This document shows, piece after piece, positions 1-9,199 of a DNA stretch of 64,000 nucleotides. The position numbers were made by a program, and so were the translations under genes. The notes under the pieces were generated by a model. The model made no database searches, was not told where the DNA came from, and saw only the letters and a program-made list of their open reading frames with translations. Positions within the stretch are counted from its first letter, which is position 1. Each line of letters opens with the position of its first letter. This stretch comes from Myxococcales bacterium (GTDB lineage: Bacteria; Myxococcota_A; Polyangia; GCA-2747355): positions 5,316 through 69,315 of the forward strand of contig JAGQIK010000352.1 in NCBI GenBank assembly GCA_020431405.1. Reading direction: 5' to 3'.

Positions 1-190
1 TCAGCTTCGAGACGGCGCCCCAGCGCGAGGGCCGTCGCTGCGTCTTGGCGCGATGGAGCAGCAGGTTGAGCTCGGCGGCGCGGGTGACGTTGTTGCGGAC
101 GGTGCCGCGAAACCCGTTGGGCGCGGCCGCGACGACAAACGGTGCCTGCAGCGCGATGGCGGCCGCGGCGACGAGGAGTGCCTTTTTCAT
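1..190 (-). CDS. secreted hypothetical protein, partial (C-terminus runs off the window start)
   Basis: ATG at 188-190 on minus strand opens MKKALLVAAAAIALQAPFVVAAAPNGF..., a typical signal peptide; frame stays open to position 1 without stop; absent from ORF track because truncated. Confidence 0.4.
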   Translation of the reverse strand, partial: MKKALLVAAAAIALQAPFVVAAAPNGFRGTVRNNVTRAAELNLLLHRAKTQRRPSRWGAVSKL

Positions 191-284
191 GAAGGCACTC
201 GCAGCAAGTTCCGTGCGCGAGAGGGGGCTTTGTTTTTCGCGCACTTGGGCGCGCGCGAAGTGGCCGATTTTGCGAGACCGTTCG

Positions 285-1286
285 CTATTTGGCCGGCAGC
301 TGCTCCCAGATCAGGCGCCGCAGCTCGTGGTGTCCGCGCGGGTTGGGGTGGATGCAGTCGTTGGCGAACCACAGCGTCGGATCCGACGCGTTGTAGTGTT
401 TGGCGGCCGTGTCGTCGTAGTGAAAGCCGTGGCCGAGGAACGCGCCGTGCACGTCGAGCTGATAGAGGTTGGCGTTGGCGCGCGCGAGGTTGCCGAGCTC
501 TTTGTTGAAGCGGTCGAGGTTGTCGGACATGGCCTGGTTGCCGAGCGTCTTGAGCAGGATGCAGCTGCCCGAGACCTGTTTGTCCGACGGGATGTTGCCT
601 TCGGAATCGCTCGGGTCGTAGACGGTGAACCACACGATCACGACCTTGCCGCCGTACTTGGCCTTGTCGGCGAAGTGGTCGAGCACCGCCTGGAAGTTCG
701 TTTTGACCTGCTCTGCGATGTTGCGGGTGGCGTCGGAGTTGAAGAGCGCTGGGAGGTTGGCCTGCAGGTCGTTGCCGCCGATGGAGACGACGACGAACGT
801 GTCGCCGCTCGGGTTGCTCGGCACCTGCGCGAGCTGTCCGGGAAGGTCTTTGCTCTGCGCGCCGCCCTTGGCGTGATCGGCGATCTGGATGCCGGCAAAG
901 CGCGTCGAGAGATCCTTGCCCGCGTACTCGGGATAGGCAGTGTCGTTGTTCTTGAAGAGCAGCGGCGCGTAGCCTTGCCCCTTGGGCGCGCCCGAGCCGG
1001 CGGCGATGGAGTCGCCGAGGTTGACGAACAGCGTCGGCGTGCCTACCGGCAGCCCGTTGGTGTTCTGCGGTGCGTCGAGACCGGGGGCGGCATCGCCGGC
1101 GTCTGCGCCGCCGCCCTGGTCGGTCGTGGCGCCTGCTTCGGCGCCGGGCGTGCTGCCGTCGGCCGACGGGGCGGGGGTGCTGTCGCTGCAGGCGCAGAGC
1201 GATAGCATCGCCAACGCCGCCAGCAGCGCACGGAGCGTGTGCCTAAGCGAATAGTGGTGCGTCTTCATGCGCGCAGTGTAGCGCAC
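285..1286 (-). CDS. SGNH/GDSL-family hydrolase lipoprotein
   Basis: Lipobox ...AMLSLCACSD; GDSL block FVNLGDSIAAGSG near N-terminus and SIGGNDL block; first codon is GTG at 1286, alternative ATG at 1268 (MKTHHYS...). Confidence 0.65.
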   Translation of the reverse strand: MRYTARMKTHHYSLRHTLRALLAALAMLSLCACSDSTPAPSADGSTPGAEAGATTDQGGGADAGDAAPGLDAPQNTNGLPVGTPTLFVNLGDSIAAGSGAPKGQGYAPLLFKNNDTAYPEYAGKDLSTRFAGIQIADHAKGGAQSKDLPGQLAQVPSNPSGDTFVVVSIGGNDLQANLPALFNSDATRNIAEQVKTNFQAVLDHFADKAKYGGKVVIVWFTVYDPSDSEGNIPSDKQVSGSCILLKTLGNQAMSDNLDRFNKELGNLARANANLYQLDVHGAFLGHGFHYDDTAAKHYNASDPTLWFANDCIHPNPRGHHELRRLIWEQLPAK

Positions 1287-1294
1287 GCGGCTGG

Positions 1295-1894
1295 CTAGCG
1301 CGGCGGAGGACGCCTGTTGCGGCGCGTCGACTTACCGCGGTCTCGAGACGGCTGATCGAAGGGCAGCTCGAGCTGCACGGGGTCGAGCGTCGACTTGACG
1401 GTCGCTTGTTTGTCTTTGCGCAGCGAGCGCGCGCGCTTCTGCATCGCCGGCCGGCCGACGTTATCGAACCACGTCTTGACGCCGGCCTGATCGGTCACGA
1501 CCGAGACGGCCGTGATGCCGAAGCCCACCGACAGCGGCGGGCCGCCGCCCGAGCCCATCATCATCGACGAGCCGCGCACCTGCAGCCCGACGGGCTTGCC
1601 GGCGGCCAGTCGGCGCGCGGCCGCCTTCTCGCTGAACATCGGCAGCGTCACGAGCTTGCCGCGGAAGCGAAACAGCGGGCGGCGCAGCTCCACGCGCACG
1701 TTCTTGTGCTCCGAGTAGCGGCGGATCTCGTTGCCGCGCTCGCGCGTCCAGCGCTTCGATGACGTCACGCGGTGGCGCAGTGTGGTGGAGAGCGGCGTCT
1801 TGTCGCCGTTGCCGGCGTGCGCGATGTGCGGCGAGCCGAGCGTGAACGCCAGCGCGCAGGCGCCGACGAGCGCGCGCGTGTATGTGCTTGCCAT
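1295..1894 (-). CDS. secreted hypothetical protein
   Basis: Internal ATG (cat 1892-1894) preceded by GGAGGTG RBS gives MASTYTRALVGACALAFTLGSPHIAHA signal peptide; the 277-aa track ORF is an upstream in-frame extension. Confidence 0.5.
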   Translation of the reverse strand: MASTYTRALVGACALAFTLGSPHIAHAGNGDKTPLSTTLRHRVTSSKRWTRERGNEIRRYSEHKNVRVELRRPLFRFRGKLVTLPMFSEKAAARRLAAGKPVGLQVRGSSMMMGSGGGPPLSVGFGITAVSVVTDQAGVKTWFDNVGRPAMQKRARSLRKDKQATVKSTLDPVQLELPFDQPSRDRGKSTRRNRRPPPR

Positions 1895-2040
1895 GCGTGG
1901 CACCTCCTGCCTGCCGACCACACGAAGCAACGCACATACCAGGCGCAACGGGGCGAGATCACGTGCTGGAGGCAACGCCGCGGTGGCTGGGCTAGCCGCT
2001 GCAGCTGCCGAAGCGCGGAGGATCGGCGTAAGATCGCAGC

Positions 2041-2760
2041 ATGCGCCACTGGTCGTTGTTGCTGTCTGTGCTGGTCCTCGCGCTCGCCGCCTGTGGGTCG
2101 CGCACGCGTGCGGTCGGCGGCGACGCACGCGCGAGCGACGCGCGCGCCAGCGACGCCCCGGGTGCCGACGGCCCGCAGCCAGCGGGCTGCACGAACAACA
2201 CGCAGTGCGCGAGCACGCACTACTGCAAGCTCGACGGCGCCTGCGGCGCGCAGGGCCGCTGCGAGGCGCGGCCCATCACCTGCCCGAGTATTGCGGCGCC
2301 GGTGTGCGGCTGCGACGGCAAGACGCACGGCAACGCGTGCACAGCGGCCGGCGCGGGGGTCAGCGTGCGGCGCGACGGGCGCTGCGAGGTCGCCGGCTGT
2401 GACGCCGTCAAGTGCGGCGTGCTCGACGACTGCTGCACCTGCAGCGCGCTCGACTTTCTCAACAGCAAGGCGCCGCCGCCTTGTCCGGCGCCGTGTTTTC
2501 AGACGGTGTGCGCGGCGCGCGGCATCAAGCCGACGGCCTACTGTCTCGCGGGCAAGTGCCTGCTCGCCGACAGCAAGCCATGCCGCGGCGACGATGACTG
2601 CTTCGCCATCGACGACTGCTGCACATGCATGGCCTGGCCGAGGGATCTGAAGCCGCCGCTGTGCGATCTCACCTGCGCGCAGAGCAGCTGCTCGGCGCTC
2701 GGCCTGAGCGGCGCCAAACCGGCCTGCATCGAGGGCAGCTGCCGTCTTTCGCTGCCTTGA
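2041..2760 (+). CDS. Cys-rich lipoprotein with Kazal-type inhibitor domain
   Basis: Signal/lipobox MRHWSLLLSVLVLALAACGS; Kazal signature CPSIAAPVCGCDGKTHGNACTAAGAGVSVRRDGRCE; repeated DDCCTC motifs. Confidence 0.6.
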   Translation: MRHWSLLLSVLVLALAACGSRTRAVGGDARASDARASDAPGADGPQPAGCTNNTQCASTHYCKLDGACGAQGRCEARPITCPSIAAPVCGCDGKTHGNACTAAGAGVSVRRDGRCEVAGCDAVKCGVLDDCCTCSALDFLNSKAPPPCPAPCFQTVCAARGIKPTAYCLAGKCLLADSKPCRGDDDCFAIDDCCTCMAWPRDLKPPLCDLTCAQSSCSALGLSGAKPACIEGSCRLSLP

Positions 2761-2839
2761 TGGCGTGCAATTTCGGGTGCTTGAGGCGCAGTGGGATTTT
2801 TTCCGTCCACTTCGCGCGGTAGCGCCCACGAAGAAAAAG

Positions 2840-5011
2840 ATGCCCCGGTGTCGACGACAGCGTGGTGTGCGCGCGGCCTTCGGGGCGGCACTGACGCTCG
2901 CAGCAATGCTCGCCAGCGGGTGCAAGCTCGACCGCCCCAGCGCCACATCCGCCGAGCAGAAGCCGTGTCTGGCCTGCCACGAGGCGGATCGCGCGCGCGC
3001 CAAGTTCCCCGATCACCTCGCGACGGGCTATCCGACCAACTGCGAGCAGTGCCACTCGCAGAAGGAATGGAAGCCGGCCGCGTTCGACCACAGCGGCTTA
3101 CCGCTGGTCGGCGGCCACTCCAAGACCGACTGCGCCAGCTGCCACAGCAAAGAGCCGGTGCCCACCAAGTGCGTTGGCTGTCACGCCGAAGATCAGAAGC
3201 GCGGCCCCGGTCACACCGCGGCCGGTTTTAACACCGAGTGCCAGAGCTGCCACACGGTCATCGCGTGGAAGCCCGCCACCGACGTCGATCACAGCAAGTT
3301 CCCGTTCGAGGGCGGACACGCCAACGTGGCCTGCATCTCGTGTCACCCCGATCCGAGCCAGCCGTCCAAGCCCATCGGCACCACCTGCGTCGCCTGCCAC
3401 GAAAAGGACCGCAGCACGCCGAAGAGCCCCGACCATCTCAAGACGGGTTTCCCGACGACCTGCGAGAGCTGCCACACGATCCAGACCTGGAAGTCGGCCA
3501 CCTTCCCGCACTCCAAGCTGGCGCTGGTGGGCAAGCACCGCACGACGGCGTGCGCGAGCTGCCACACCGATCCGTCCAAGCCCGAGACAGCCAAGGGCAC
3601 GACGTGCGCCGAGTGTCACGCCGGCGACCGCCCCCAGGGCGCCACGGCTGATCGCCCCGATCACTTCGACGCGGCGCTGCCGCCCTGCCAGTACTGCCAC
3701 ACGGCCTTCGGCTGGAAGCCGGCGGCCAAGGACCACAGCAAGTTCCCGCTCACCGGCCAGCACGGCGGCGTGGCGTGCAGCACCTGCCACACCGATCCGA
3801 GCAAGCCGGACGTGCCCATCGCCAAGACCTGCGTTGGCTGCCACGAGGCCGATCGCTCGAAGCCGACGTTCCCCGATCACCGCGCCGTCGGCTTCTCCAC
3901 CGACTGCGACAGCTGCCACTCGACCAACGGCTGGAAGCCGGCGACGTTCGATCACGGACTCAAGTTCCCGCTCACCGGCGGCCACTCGGGCGTGACCTGC
4001 GCCAAGTGCCACGCCACCGAGCCGGTGCCCAAGACCTGCGTCGGCTGCCACCAGAACGACATCCCGAGCGGCGCCACCGCCTCGCGTCCCGATCACACGG
4101 CGTCAGGCTTCTCGACCGCGTGCAGCGACTGCCACGGCACGGGCGGCTGGAAGCCGGCGTCGTTCAACCACACCAAGTTCCCGCTGACGCAAGCGCACGC
4201 CGGCCCGGTCTGCACCGACTGCCACACCGATCCGCAAAACCCGTCGGTGCCGACGGGCACCACCTGCGAGCAGTGCCACCTCGGCGATCGTCCGCCGGCA
4301 GGCACCAACCCCGATCATCTCGTCGGCGGCTTCCCGACCACCTGCGAGAGCTGCCACACGCCTACGGTGTGGAAGGGCGCGACGTTCGATCACTCGGTCT
4401 ATCTGCCGCTGACCGGCAAGCACAGCATCGTGACCTGCACGCAGTGTCACAACACGACGCCGATGCCGACCAAGTGCGAGGGCTGCCACACGCCGCCGGC
4501 GACCAACCACACGGCGACGACCAACTGCGACAACTGCCACAGCGTCAACGGCTGGAAGCCGGCCGTCGTCGACCACAGCAAGTTCCCGCTGACGGGCAAG
4601 CACGCCAGCACCGCGTGCACGCAGTGCCACACCAACCCGAGTCAGCCTAGCGTGCCGACCGCGACGACGTGCGTGGGCTGCCACAACAGCGATCGCAGCA
4701 CGCCGACGATCCCGAACCATCTCGCCAATGGCTTCCCGACCGATTGCGCGCAGTGCCACAGCACCAACGGCTGGACGCCGGCGAGCTTCACGCACACCTT
4801 CCCGATCACGTCGGGCAAGCACAAGAACAAGCCCTGCAACAACTGCCACCTCGACCCCAACAACCTCAAGACCTACTCGTGTCTGGGGACCTGCCACGAG
4901 CACTCGCTGAGCAAGATGGACGACAAGCACAAGGGGCGCAGCGGCTACATCTCCGGCGACTTCATGCACTGCACCAACTCGGGCTGTCATCCCAACGGCA
5001 GGACGCCGTAG
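2840..5011 (+). CDS. multiheme c-type cytochrome lipoprotein (about 27 CXXCH plus 2 variant haem motifs, paired-CXXCH repeat architecture)
   Basis: ATG 2840 gives MPRCRRQRGVRAAFGAALTLAAMLASGC lipoprotein signal; about 50-aa repeat units each carrying two CXXCH (CLACH, CEQCH, CASCH, CVGCH ... CNNCH) and DHSKFPLTG spacers; upstream 25 codons of the track ORF are not coding. Confidence 0.8.
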   Translation: MPRCRRQRGVRAAFGAALTLAAMLASGCKLDRPSATSAEQKPCLACHEADRARAKFPDHLATGYPTNCEQCHSQKEWKPAAFDHSGLPLVGGHSKTDCASCHSKEPVPTKCVGCHAEDQKRGPGHTAAGFNTECQSCHTVIAWKPATDVDHSKFPFEGGHANVACISCHPDPSQPSKPIGTTCVACHEKDRSTPKSPDHLKTGFPTTCESCHTIQTWKSATFPHSKLALVGKHRTTACASCHTDPSKPETAKGTTCAECHAGDRPQGATADRPDHFDAALPPCQYCHTAFGWKPAAKDHSKFPLTGQHGGVACSTCHTDPSKPDVPIAKTCVGCHEADRSKPTFPDHRAVGFSTDCDSCHSTNGWKPATFDHGLKFPLTGGHSGVTCAKCHATEPVPKTCVGCHQNDIPSGATASRPDHTASGFSTACSDCHGTGGWKPASFNHTKFPLTQAHAGPVCTDCHTDPQNPSVPTGTTCEQCHLGDRPPAGTNPDHLVGGFPTTCESCHTPTVWKGATFDHSVYLPLTGKHSIVTCTQCHNTTPMPTKCEGCHTPPATNHTATTNCDNCHSVNGWKPAVVDHSKFPLTGKHASTACTQCHTNPSQPSVPTATTCVGCHNSDRSTPTIPNHLANGFPTDCAQCHSTNGWTPASFTHTFPITSGKHKNKPCNNCHLDPNNLKTYSCLGTCHEHSLSKMDDKHKGRSGYISGDFMHCTNSGCHPNGRTP

Positions 5012-5056
5012 CGCGCGCGTCAGTGCCTCGCGATGCCGCGGCGGGGCCGGGGCTCC

Positions 5057-5923
5057 CTAGTTTCTACAGCACAGCACGCCGCCGTTAGCCGCGGCGGTCT
5101 TGCGCACGGCGCTCGCCTCGCTGGTGTCGCCGCTGCCGCAGGCCCAGGTCGCGGGCAGCTGGCTGCACAGGTCGTGCGAGAAGCGATCGAGCACGCCGCA
5201 GGTGGTGGCGTCTGGCGCGGCGCCGACGGTGCCGCAGCCGAAGATATCGTTTTCGCCCTCGCCGCACATGGCGCCGCCTGGGCCGCTCTGCCGCACGACG
5301 AAGAACACCTGCGCGCCGGCAGCGAAGGCGGCGCCCGCGCAGCCGTTGCCGCCGCTGCGTGTTTTCACTTCGCTGGCGTCTTCGCAGACGTGCCAGCCGA
5401 CCTGGCAGAGATCGGCGACGTTGCAGTCTTTGCCGCTCGGATTCTGGCTGGCGTTGCCCGCCGCGCGGCCGCAAGCCGGCGCGCGCGTGTCGACGAGCCC
5501 CGGCAGCGACCAGCCGCCCGCGCAGGCGGCGATGTCGGGATAGCTCGCGGTCGCGCCGAAGCCTTCGCGCGTGCCGTCGGCGCAGCCGTTGTCATTGCGG
5601 CAGCGCCCGTCGGCGCCGCACTCGAAGGAGACGCAGTCGGCGGCCTGCGCGCAGCTGCCGCCCAGCGGGCAGGTCGGACAGAGCGCGCCGCCGCAGTCGA
5701 CGTCGGTCTCGTCGCCGTCGCGCCGCCCGTTGGCGCACGAGGGCGGGCCCGAGGGGAGCGTCGGCGTGGCGCTGCCGTCGGCGCTCGCGCCGCCGTCGCC
5801 GCTTTGTGCTGCGGCGTCGGCGCTCGGCGCGCCGGCTTCGTCGAACAGATAGTCGACGCTGCCGCTGCAGCCAGCGCAGGCGAAGGCGAAGACAAGCGCG
5901 GCGAAGGGGAGCGCTGCGCTCAC
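5057..5923 (-). CDS. Cys-rich secreted protein, translationally coupled to upstream DUF1552 gene
   Basis: GTG start at 5921-5923 overlaps TGA stop of upstream gene (GTGA); signal VSAALPFAALVFAFACAGCSGS; many Cys pairs (CGGALCPTCPLGGSC, CQVGWHVCED); the 40-aa N-terminal extension in track is rejected. Confidence 0.55.
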   Translation of the reverse strand: MSAALPFAALVFAFACAGCSGSVDYLFDEAGAPSADAAAQSGDGGASADGSATPTLPSGPPSCANGRRDGDETDVDCGGALCPTCPLGGSCAQAADCVSFECGADGRCRNDNGCADGTREGFGATASYPDIAACAGGWSLPGLVDTRAPACGRAAGNASQNPSGKDCNVADLCQVGWHVCEDASEVKTRSGGNGCAGAAFAAGAQVFFVVRQSGPGGAMCGEGENDIFGCGTVGAAPDATTCGVLDRFSHDLCSQLPATWACGSGDTSEASAVRKTAAANGGVLCCRN

Positions 5924-7251
5924 GTCAGGATGCCGGAGGCCTTGCCGCTGCTGGCGTAGGCGCCCGCACCGAACTTGGTCTTCTGCACGCCGTAGAGCTT
6001 GAGCAGGTCGAGGTGCAGGTCGGCGAGGTTGCGGCACTGATTCTTGTCGCTGACCTTGGCCGCGTCGACGCCGTAGATCTCCTGGCCGAGCTTCAGCTCG
6101 CCCGAGACGTTCTCGCTGGCGACCAGCAGCGGGATGTTGGCCGGCGAGTGCGAGCGACCGTCGGACATGTTGCTGCCGAGCAGCACGACGGTCTCCGAGA
6201 GCAGGCCGGCGGCCTTCATGCGCGTCAGCAGGTCAGCCCACAAGCCGACCTGGATCTGATTGATGCGGATCAGGCGCGACCAGTTGTTGTGCGCCGAGTC
6301 GTGCTGCTCGCCGGCGACCGTGCTCGTCGGCTGGTTGGGCCCGATGCCGTCGTTGTACATGATCGTCGCGGCGCGCGTGAGGTCGCACTGCATAGCGGCG
6401 ACGATGATCTTGTGCATGGTGCGAAAGTTGCGGACGTAGCTTTCGCCGGCGGTCTCGGCGGGGGGCTTCTGGCAGTTGGTCGCGAGCGCGGCGTTGGCCA
6501 GCTCGCCTTCGACCTCGCGGATGCTCGCGGCGTAGGCCTCGAGCCGCTGTTTGTCAGACGCGGCGAGGCGCGCTTTGTGGCGCTTGTACTGGTCGAGCAC
6601 GCCGTCGAGGATGCTCTGCCGGCGTTTGATCAGGTACGCCGCCTGTTGGTTGGAGACGTTGTCGCCGCTGCCGAAGACGCGCGTGTAGAGCTGCATCGGG
6701 CTGAGGATGTTGGAGATCGGCGTCGTGTCGTCACGCCAGGCGATGGAGTTGACGTAGTTGATCGAGCCGGTCTTGTCGTGGGCTGCGTCCCAGTTGGGCA
6801 CCTGGTTGTAGCCGACGTGCAGCGAGCGAATGCGCGCGTTGGGCGCGGTGTCGGCGATGTATTGGTCGAGGGTCTTGGCGCACTTCTGATAGTTGGGGTC
6901 TGCGCTCGGGTTGGACGCAGAGGTTGTGCCGACGGGCGACGACGAGAGAAACGCCGCCGTGCCGGCCCAGTGCACGTCGAAGTTAGCGACCGCGCGATAG
7001 CCGCGCAGCACGCTGACGTTGCCCTTGAGGCCGGCGTCGGCGATGGGCTTGAGCGCGCCGCCGAGCTGACCCGAGTAGCCCCAGTCACCGTTGTTGCCAT
7101 CGGGCATCGGCGCGCCGCTGCCGAAGAAGCAGCCGATGAAGCGCTTCTTCAGCGGCGCGGCGGCGTGCGCGGCGCGCTCGAGCGACGACTCGAGCGTGGG
7201 CAGCGCGATGCACACGCCGAGGCCTTTGAGCAGGGTACGTCTCGAGATCAT
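5920..7251 (-). CDS. DUF1552 family protein with Tat signal
   Basis: MISRRTLLKGLGVCIALP twin-arginine signal typical of DUF1552; about 440 aa; ATGA overlap with upstream DUF1592-family gene. Confidence 0.7.
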   Translation of the reverse strand: MISRRTLLKGLGVCIALPTLESSLERAAHAAAPLKKRFIGCFFGSGAPMPDGNNGDWGYSGQLGGALKPIADAGLKGNVSVLRGYRAVANFDVHWAGTAAFLSSSPVGTTSASNPSADPNYQKCAKTLDQYIADTAPNARIRSLHVGYNQVPNWDAAHDKTGSINYVNSIAWRDDTTPISNILSPMQLYTRVFGSGDNVSNQQAAYLIKRRQSILDGVLDQYKRHKARLAASDKQRLEAYAASIREVEGELANAALATNCQKPPAETAGESYVRNFRTMHKIIVAAMQCDLTRAATIMYNDGIGPNQPTSTVAGEQHDSAHNNWSRLIRINQIQVGLWADLLTRMKAAGLLSETVVLLGSNMSDGRSHSPANIPLLVASENVSGELKLGQEIYGVDAAKVSDKNQCRNLADLHLDLLKLYGVQKTKFGAGAYASSGKASGILT

Positions 7252-8993
7252 CTACTCGCTCCGTGGTCGACCTGGGTGAACGCCTTGCTGACCACGAGGC
7301 GCAGCACCATCTCGCGCAGCGTCGGCGCCTTTCCGTCATCGGCGAACGTCAAGTACTCGAGCAGCGGGCCGTCGATGTGCGTGTCCACCAGACGGCGCGT
7401 GGCGTAGATCGTCAGCTTCTGCGCGGCGCAGCTCTGAAACTCGGGCAGCGCGGCGAGCATGCTGTTGAGCTCGGCGAACGTCTTGAAGGGCTTTCCGAGC
7501 AGCTCGCTGTCGGTCTCTACCGGCAGGCCGGTGTCGGCGTACGCGCGGCGCAAGCGGCCGAACATGTCGAAGCCCTCGAGGCCGAGCCCGATCGGATCCA
7601 TGTACTGGTGGCAGCCGTAGCAGACGCTGCCCGAGTTGCGATGGCTGTTGGCGCGCTCCTTGACGGTCGCCGTCGGTGGGATGCTCTGCTGCACCTTCTG
7701 GATTTGCTCGAACAGTGACGCGTCAGGCAGCGGCACGACCTTGCAGAGGATGCGATCCTGCACCAGGCGCCCGCGATGGATCGGGTTGGTTCGCAGCTTC
7801 GACGCGCTGAGCGTGAGCCAGCTGCCCTGCTGCAGGATGCCGCCACGCTCGTCGGTGGCGACGCGCGTCAGCTCGTCGCCGAAGCTGCCCGCCAGGCTGT
7901 AGTGCGCGCCGAGGCGCTTGTTGATGTAGGCGAAGCCAGGACGCAGGATCGCCGTCACGGGTAGGTCGTTGACGAGCACGTCGTGCAGCGTGCGCCAGCT
8001 CTCTTCGTACATGTCGTGCTCGATGGAGCCGGGCTTGCTGCTGCCGAGCTGGCGAAAGTCGAACCACTGCCCCATGAAGCTCTTGATGAACGTCTCCGAG
8101 TTGGCGTCGATGAGCCGCTCGGCCTGCGCGCGCAGCACCTTGGGGTCGGCGAGCGAGCCGTCCTCGGCGTGCGACCACAGCTCGTCGTCAGGAAGCGACG
8201 CGCTGAACATCAGCGCCAGGCGGCTGGCCAGCTCGTAGCTGTCGAGATCGCGCACGCCGGCGAACTCGGGCGCGGGCGGCGCTTCGATGCGGTGAAGCAG
8301 CTGCGGTGCGAGCAGCAGCGTGCCGAGCGCGACGCGCATGGCGTCGACGAAGATCTCGGCGGGCTGCTGCAGATTCTGTCGGGCGAGCGCGAGCGCGCGG
8401 TCGTAGCTGGCCTGGAGCGCCGCGCGCTCGTCGGCGTCGAGCGGGCGGCCGTAGGCGCGTTTGGCAAGCGGCTCGAGGATCGACGCGGCGCAGCTCGCGT
8501 ACGCGAGCTCGGCTTCGCTTTGCGCCTTGCAGGTGAGCAGCGTGGCCTGCGCCGGCGCGGCGAGCACGAGGTCGAGGATCTTCTCGACCGTGTCGAGGCG
8601 ATCACGGATCGCTTTGGTGTCGAGGTCGGTCCACGGCACGGCGTCGAAGCCGGAAAACTGGGTGGTCGCCGTCCAAGCAAGCTGCAGATCGGGCGAGAGC
8701 TGCTGGCCGAGCACGGTCGACACCACGCGCAGGTACTCGTGGTTGGAGAGGTTGCGCACCATCGGTGGGCCCGCGGTGATGCGCGAGCGCAGCGTGGGCA
8801 GATCCGCCGCCGGCGGCTGGTTGGGCGCAGGCTGGTTGGGCGTGACGGGGTTGTTGTTGGCGGGGTCGCCGATGTCGCCCGATCCGCAGGCGACGAGGAG
8901 CGCGACGAGGGCGAGCAACGCGACCAGGCGCGCGTGGGGGCTGCTGCTGCGGCGGCGGGGCATTCGCGCCCACCAGAGCAACGGCCGTACCAC
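7248..8993 (-). CDS. DUF1592/DUF1588/DUF1585-family protein (planctomycete-type, partner of DUF1552), putative haem-binding CXXCH
   Basis: N-terminal lipoprotein-like signal (LALLALVALLVACGSGD); conserved GSVCYGCHQYMDPIGLGLEGFDMFGRLR block characteristic of DUF1588; alternative start at M11. Confidence 0.6.
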   Translation of the reverse strand: MVRPLLWWARMPRRRSSSPHARLVALLALVALLVACGSGDIGDPANNNPVTPNQPAPNQPPAADLPTLRSRITAGPPMVRNLSNHEYLRVVSTVLGQQLSPDLQLAWTATTQFSGFDAVPWTDLDTKAIRDRLDTVEKILDLVLAAPAQATLLTCKAQSEAELAYASCAASILEPLAKRAYGRPLDADERAALQASYDRALALARQNLQQPAEIFVDAMRVALGTLLLAPQLLHRIEAPPAPEFAGVRDLDSYELASRLALMFSASLPDDELWSHAEDGSLADPKVLRAQAERLIDANSETFIKSFMGQWFDFRQLGSSKPGSIEHDMYEESWRTLHDVLVNDLPVTAILRPGFAYINKRLGAHYSLAGSFGDELTRVATDERGGILQQGSWLTLSASKLRTNPIHRGRLVQDRILCKVVPLPDASLFEQIQKVQQSIPPTATVKERANSHRNSGSVCYGCHQYMDPIGLGLEGFDMFGRLRRAYADTGLPVETDSELLGKPFKTFAELNSMLAALPEFQSCAAQKLTIYATRRLVDTHIDGPLLEYLTFADDGKAPTLREMVLRLVVSKAFTQVDHGASR

Positions 8994-9199
8994 GCAGCAA
9001 CTGCTGTGATCATTGCGGATCTCACCGCGCTCGGTGGGGAAGTTGCCCCGTCGCTGCGGACGACTGTGCGCACGTGGCGCCTGCGCAACCGGGGGCCACT
9101 TTTCGGTGCGGTGGCGCTGCCAGCTGCCACCTGGCGCGACCGAGATCGCAATGTTTCCAGATGCTTGAGTTTGGCCTGCACGTTGCTCTAGAACGCACC

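Noticed and set aside
45-1205. 386-aa plus-strand ORF and other ORFs overlapping the GDSL hydrolase
   Set aside because: Antisense to a motif-supported gene; composition typical of high-GC shadow ORFs.
3098-4990. Long minus-strand ORFs (3098..4096, 4103..4990) and plus-strand alternative frames inside the multihaem cytochrome gene
   Set aside because: Antisense or off-frame to a gene with 27 CXXCH motifs; no start or RBS support.
5072-5096. GC-rich hairpin CCGCCG-TTAGCCG-CGGCGG after the multihaem cytochrome
   Set aside because: Lies inside the C-terminal coding region of the convergent Cys-rich gene and lacks a U-tract; not called as a terminator.
5359-7407. 682-aa plus-strand ORF
   Set aside because: Antisense to the DUF1552 and Cys-rich genes; poly-Arg/Ser composition.
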